A DNA stretch of 64,000 bases from a virus. Of the stretch, positions 59,443 through 64,000 are shown one piece after another (within the stretch, counting starts at the first letter, position 1; every line of letters starts with the position of its first letter). The stretch lies in the IMG/VR virus record IMGVR_UViG_3300033146_001382, positions 1-64,000 of that record. One strand, given 5' to 3'. The translations under genes were made by a program, and so were the position numbers. A model generated the notes under the pieces. That model ran no database searches and was not told where the DNA came from. It was given only the letters and a program-made list of their open reading frames with translations.

Positions 59443-60414
59443 ATGAAAAATTTACGTAAAGAAGATTTGAGTTTATATAGATACATTAAAGATACAGTGT
59501 TACGAGATTTTATAGAAAAAGAGGAGATGGTACCATTAGAACTCCTTACTGAGTTGTCTTGTCAAGGTAGTTATGTCTACCAAGCTAAATCTGTAGCAAT
59601 ACCATCTCCTATTGATAGAGGTAGAGGTTGGGTTTTCTTTGATTGTCCCAATTATGACTCTGATGGTTATTGTGAATATACTACTGAGAGTTGTATACCT
59701 GAATTTGTATCAGTAGATGGTACCGACTATGGTGGTACTTTGTCTGGTACTGAGTTGCCTGGTAATAATTGTATTGGTACCCCAGAACAATCCAATAGAG
59801 TAGTACTCTATGATGAAAATTTTTCTACTATATCAGGTACTAATTATTTAATAGACTACACAGATGGTAGAATTATAATGACTACTAATGATATTATTCC
59901 TAAGTATGTTGATTACTATTGGAATTATATAAGTGTAGTAGATGAATGGGCTTCTATTGAAGCTGCAGAGCCACCAGTTGTGGTAATAGATACTAATGGT
60001 ACTGATAAAGAGCCATACCAGTTAGGTGGTGGTAAAAAAGTGAAACGAAAGGTAGAAATACATGTGTTTGCAAGTAACACTTCAGAACGTAATGATATAA
60101 TAGAAACAATACATGATGGACTATATAATAAATCTTCACCGGTGTATAATTTTGCTACTGGGGATGTACTAGATTATGATGGAACTTTTTATGGCCGCAA
60201 ATATACCTCCAATAAACTAACCTCACTATTTAATAGAACGTCTTTAAATGATTTAGGTCAGCTTCATGGAGGAATGACTTTTAATAAAGTTTCTTCTAGA
60301 CATGTCAATTTACCGTTGTTAATGTCTAGGGATCGTGGAGAGGTAATGCTAAGTGATTTAAATGCTTACAGATCTAGAATAAGTTTTGAAATAGAAACTT
60401 ATACAAGGATATAA
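59443..60414 (+). CDS. Probable tail terminator/completion protein
   Basis: VEIHVFASNTSERNDI; directly upstream of major tail gene. Confidence 0.6.
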   Translation: MKNLRKEDLSLYRYIKDTVLRDFIEKEEMVPLELLTELSCQGSYVYQAKSVAIPSPIDRGRGWVFFDCPNYDSDGYCEYTTESCIPEFVSVDGTDYGGTLSGTELPGNNCIGTPEQSNRVVLYDENFSTISGTNYLIDYTDGRIIMTTNDIIPKYVDYYWNYISVVDEWASIEAAEPPVVVIDTNGTDKEPYQLGGGKKVKRKVEIHVFASNTSERNDIIETIHDGLYNKSSPVYNFATGDVLDYDGTFYGRKYTSNKLTSLFNRTSLNDLGQLHGGMTFNKVSSRHVNLPLLMSRDRGEVMLSDLNAYRSRISFEIETYTRI

Positions 60415-60519
60415 GGATAGGCTTATTGCTAGTGCTACAGCCTCGTTAATCTAGTAATAAGAAGACGTTTTAACTACCAACCTGAGTGCTGTTTTAAAAA
60501 AATAACAGGAGGAAAGACT

Positions 60520-62112
60520 ATGGCACGTAATAGAATAATTTATGCTTCCCAGAGTGTATGGGTAGATGGAGAGGTACTTTATAGAGTACAATCATTGGGG
60601 ACAACAACGTCATTTACGAGCGAGGATATATTTGAGCTCGGCCACCTCGATATAATTGACGTGGTAGATGATGTCCCAGCAGTAACAGTTACATTGAATA
60701 CTAATGATTTTGGGGATGTGAAAACATTCGCTAAATTAGCACAAGTGGCACCAGCAAAAATTGCTATGGATGCTACTGCTACTGTAAATAATGCCAATTT
60801 GGTCGCTGGCGCTACTTATTTACATGGAGTAGCTTTAGCCGATTTTGCAGTAACATGTGGTAATCTTACAGGGGTAACTCTGTGGGCACCAGTACAGGAT
60901 GAGTGCTCAATAGGTACTTTAGCTAATAACATAGATCAAACTTTATTTCTTGATGAAGTATATATTAATAGTTTGGAATATAGTTATACTACTGGAGCTA
61001 ATGCTACAGAGAATTATGGTGCAGAAACTGATAATAAAATGTGGTTATTGAATGATGGTAGATTTGTTAATTTTGAATCTACAATCTCAGGGTCACTTGG
61101 AGAGTTGGATGCTACTATGATTAGTGATGGTTATGTAGATCTTACTTTGGATGCTTCTGCTGAAATTGCAGAACTTTCAACTGGTCTAGGTTTCCTAAGG
61201 AAGGACGCTAATGGTGTTTCAGCGGTAACACATTATGCCACCTCTGGTGGTTCAGCTGAGAATGTAGCAATAGTTGTAGGTACTTTAGCAGCTCTAGATA
61301 CTTATGTATATCATAACACAGGTACAGAGCATCGTATTTATTTTCCTACAGGTACTAATGCTCCAGTAGCTGGGGATGTTATTCAAGCAGTATATTCTGC
61401 TGATGCCTATGCTGCAGCTATGAATGATTATTTTATTCCTCTAACAGAGGAGACTACTAGACCAGACGCAGTAGGTGCATTAAGACAGGGTCAAGTAGAG
61501 GTATATATAGTTGATCCAGACTCTAGTGCTACTGACTTTGATAATGCTTGGAGATTAACTGGTGCTACTATTTCTACTGATCTTACTCGTGAGCCACTTA
61601 CTGAGCTAGGACATTTAGGTCCTTATGATAGACCACTTACACTTCCAATTCCAATTACTATTAGTATTGATACTACTGCCGGTGATTTGGAGAACTGGGC
61701 TAAGTTTGCTGGGAAATTAACTGACTATGATGCGGAGACTATGCTATCAGTAGATCTTACAGATCTTATGACTAAAGATAACTTAACTCTCGTAGTTAAA
61801 GTTTTCGAACAGACTGATGAAGAAGCTGGTGGAGCTACTGGTGCTGGGCGTAAAGTACTGGCAGGTAGTAGTATGGTAGGTGATGAGTATTTCTCAGATG
61901 GTGCTATGGCAGTTTATACACCAGGTCAGCGTGAATATGCACTTAAGACTATAGTTGTTAAAAACCTTAAGATCACTGATGAGGGTATGACTCTCGATGT
62001 TGGATCTAATGCAACACAGACATTTGGTTTTAAATCCAATAATGACCTGTATGCAGTTAAAGGTGATGTGTCTTACGCTACTGTTCAAGCTAATATTATG
62101 CGTAATGCTTAA
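60520..62112 (+). CDS. Major tail (tube) protein
   Basis: MARNRIIYASQSV...GEVLYRVQS...E..ELGHL repeated; strong RBS; hairpin after. Confidence 0.7.
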   Translation: MARNRIIYASQSVWVDGEVLYRVQSLGTTTSFTSEDIFELGHLDIIDVVDDVPAVTVTLNTNDFGDVKTFAKLAQVAPAKIAMDATATVNNANLVAGATYLHGVALADFAVTCGNLTGVTLWAPVQDECSIGTLANNIDQTLFLDEVYINSLEYSYTTGANATENYGAETDNKMWLLNDGRFVNFESTISGSLGELDATMISDGYVDLTLDASAEIAELSTGLGFLRKDANGVSAVTHYATSGGSAENVAIVVGTLAALDTYVYHNTGTEHRIYFPTGTNAPVAGDVIQAVYSADAYAAAMNDYFIPLTEETTRPDAVGALRQGQVEVYIVDPDSSATDFDNAWRLTGATISTDLTREPLTELGHLGPYDRPLTLPIPITISIDTTAGDLENWAKFAGKLTDYDAETMLSVDLTDLMTKDNLTLVVKVFEQTDEEAGGATGAGRKVLAGSSMVGDEYFSDGAMAVYTPGQREYALKTIVVKNLKITDEGMTLDVGSNATQTFGFKSNNDLYAVKGDVSYATVQANIMRNA

Positions 62113-62130
62113 TTATAAAAAATGAAGTAT

Positions 62131-62156
62131 TAAGGGAGGGGGAAACCCCTCCCTTA
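62131..62156 (+). terminator. 11-bp GC hairpin with GAAA loop after tail gene
   Basis: taagggagggg-gaaa-cccctccctta; no T-tract. Confidence 0.6.
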
Positions 62157-62189
62157 GGACCAGAATATAATTAAAGGAAGGTAAAGGCT

Positions 62190-62444
62190 ATGGAAGAAAG
62201 GTTTAAAAATAATAGTCGTAAAAAATTAGTACAGGCTATGAAAAAAGAAGTTACTAAGATGATGGAAAAGACTTTGGATTTTGCAGATGTAGCATGTCCA
62301 AAAGACAATTTTAAACAATTACGTTCAAAAATACTACGCGCAGGTAATGACTGTATGCGTAATCTTACTAAGGAATTTGATGGTTACATCATTGAGTATG
62401 ATAAACTTAATGAAGAAATAATCGAATTTAGAAATAAAGGATAA
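62190..62444 (+). CDS. Hypothetical helical protein
   Basis: ORF with RBS. Confidence 0.6.
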   Translation: MEERFKNNSRKKLVQAMKKEVTKMMEKTLDFADVACPKDNFKQLRSKILRAGNDCMRNLTKEFDGYIIEYDKLNEEIIEFRNKG

Positions 62445-62456
62445 GGAGAAATTAAA

Positions 62457-63200
62457 ATGGTAGAAGAAATTAAAGGGTTAGAAGATGAGTTTGATGCGCG
62501 AAGAAGTTTTTCAACAGTGGAAGAAGAGATTGATTATTTTATAGGTACACCTAGTGCAGAGGATATACGTGGTGCGGATTGGCAGTATAGTAAAGTTTTT
62601 ACTAAGTGTCTAAATGAAGGTATACCAACTAGTGCTGAATTGACTGATATATTGAAACGTCGTGGAATAATTGGTGAAGATTTCGATAAACGTGCACAAG
62701 AACTATCTATTACATTAAATGAACTTATAAACCGACTAAATGAATCCGATGGTAATACTACTAAAGCTGAGTTAGCTTTGGAAGTTTCTAAGGCTAGAGA
62801 AGCCTTATTCCAATGGAATCAAAGATTAAGTGGACCAATGAGTAATACTTGTGAACAAATTGCTGATGATGCACGTTTGGAGTACTTAACAGCAAGTATT
62901 CTACAGCATAAAGATAAGTCTAAAGTATGGAATGACTATGATGAGTTTCTAAGTTCAACTGATCAGAGCCTTACTTTAAAAGCCAGATATGAAGTTATGT
63001 TATTTTTGCAAGGGTATGACTCTAATTTTCTAGAGAACACCCCAGAAGCTGTTGCTATGAAAGAGGTGGAAACTAATATAATTCAAGAAGCTGCAATAGC
63101 AGTAGAAAAGGAACAGGCAGCAAAGGCTTTAGAAGAAAAAAAGAGTGTAAAATCTAAAGTTAAATCTAAATCTAAATCAAAACCTAATAATAAAAAGTAA
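62457..63200 (+). CDS. Probable tail assembly chaperone
   Basis: Follows tail gene; helical; Lys-rich tail. Confidence 0.55.
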   Translation: MVEEIKGLEDEFDARRSFSTVEEEIDYFIGTPSAEDIRGADWQYSKVFTKCLNEGIPTSAELTDILKRRGIIGEDFDKRAQELSITLNELINRLNESDGNTTKAELALEVSKAREALFQWNQRLSGPMSNTCEQIADDARLEYLTASILQHKDKSKVWNDYDEFLSSTDQSLTLKARYEVMLFLQGYDSNFLENTPEAVAMKEVETNIIQEAAIAVEKEQAAKALEEKKSVKSKVKSKSKSKPNNKK

Positions 63201-63216
63201 AAAGGTTTAATTATTT

Positions 63217-64000
63217 ATGTTATTAGAGGACTCTGAGGTTGAAAATCTAATTACTTGTATCTCTTCTGGGGTACATCTTAAAATTATTGATAATAAGTTA
63301 ATAGTATTTAAATTTCCTACGAATATAATTAAATTAGAGGCCGATGTCCGTTATGAAGATGAATATAAAAAAGCAATTGATAGTGGTTTACTAGATAGGT
63401 CCTCATTAGAAGAACTAATTAAAAAGCGAAATTTATTTACTAATGAGGATCAAAAGAAGTTAGATAGTTTAAAATCTAAGCTAGAAGCACAAAGAGTACT
63501 ACTAGCTAAGACTACCGTTGTAAAAGCAAATCAATCTAGAATTAAAGGTATAATTAATAAATTAACTTCGGATATAGCAGAAATAACTTTACAAAAGACT
63601 TCCAAGTTGATGATGTCAGCAGAAGTAAGGGCCAATGAAGAGAGGTCATTATTTTTATGCTGGAGATGCACTTTTATTAATGATAAATTAGTATGGGAAA
63701 CTTTTGAAGATTTTAAGCACTCTACTGATTTAGTATTTAGAGAGAATGTTTTAACTTATTTTTTAGATGTGAACGCCGGTTTACCGGCGGATAAATTAAG
63801 ATTCATAGCTCGCCATAATTTATGGCGAATTAGGTATGTAAATAGCCAGAAATTATCTGAAGCTTTATTTGGTGTACCTTCTGTAGAGTATACTACAGAT
63901 ATGCTAAGTTTAGCTTATTGGTCTAATTACTATGATAATATATACCAAATGATGGCTGAAGATAAACCAAGTGATTTAATCATAGAAGATGATGAGTCAT
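63217..64000 (+). CDS. Paralog of 62457-63200, truncated by window end; absent from ORF track
   Basis: Manual translation MLLEDSEVENLITC...LEELIKKRNL...AEVRANEER...VWETFEDF. Confidence 0.7.
   Translation, partial: MLLEDSEVENLITCISSGVHLKIIDNKLIVFKFPTNIIKLEADVRYEDEYKKAIDSGLLDRSSLEELIKKRNLFTNEDQKKLDSLKSKLEAQRVLLAKTTVVKANQSRIKGIINKLTSDIAEITLQKTSKLMMSAEVRANEERSLFLCWRCTFINDKLVWETFEDFKHSTDLVFRENVLTYFLDVNAGLPADKLRFIARHNLWRIRYVNSQKLSEALFGVPSVEYTTDMLSLAYWSNYYDNIYQMMAEDKPSDLIIEDDES

Noticed and set aside
5656-62088. Opposite-strand or nested ORFs in the track (e.g. 5656, 6436, 8334, 8670, 10566, 14255, 18027, 24517, 30584, 39135, 41211, 52418, 55232, 60579, 61894; also 1490+, 2431+)
   Set aside because: Lie within well-supported genes or repeats, lack RBS and recognisable motifs; shadow ORFs
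63190-63217. Programmed frameshift between tail chaperones
   Set aside because: T-AAA-AAG is imperfect; the -1 frame stops soon after and the downstream gene's frame has TAA at 63208
1-64000. tRNA, rRNA, integrase, polymerase or sigma genes
   Set aside because: No T-loop/cloverleaf or matching protein motifs recognised in this window

Overview
64 kb segment of a large, AT-rich tailed dsDNA phage (Caudoviricetes), standard genetic code; no tRNA, rRNA or CRISPR array seen. Layout: (1) 1-2300, a GC-richer block of small minus-strand genes separated by shuffled hairpin repeats; (2) ~2570-30450, plus-strand accessory/regulatory genes behind TTGACA-N16-TAnnnT promoters: HNH nucleases, an intact hybrid histidine kinase, a PAS-DHp protein, PilZ, a minus-strand RiPP-precursor-like peptide plus HprK-like kinase operon, Pth2, PIN-PhoH, a wHTH protein followed by palindromic repeats, a ClpP/coiled-coil/actin operon, endolysin, Csp, dNMP kinase and an HD protein; (3) 30459-64000, the virion module: small terminase, intein-containing large terminase, portal, protease, scaffold, decoration, major capsid, many fibre/spike proteins, neck, major tail protein and chaperones, in an SPbeta/c-st-like head gene order. 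The signalling genes resemble those of Desulfobacterota (inference). Best candidates for undescribed biology: a minimal peptide+kinase RiPP-like operon, a host-signalling island, an actin module next to a centromere/origin-like repeat, and a T-[ILV]-S-G motif enriched in virion proteins (possible modification sequon) with two modifying-type enzymes inside the fibre cluster. All family names come from visual motif recognition, not database searches.
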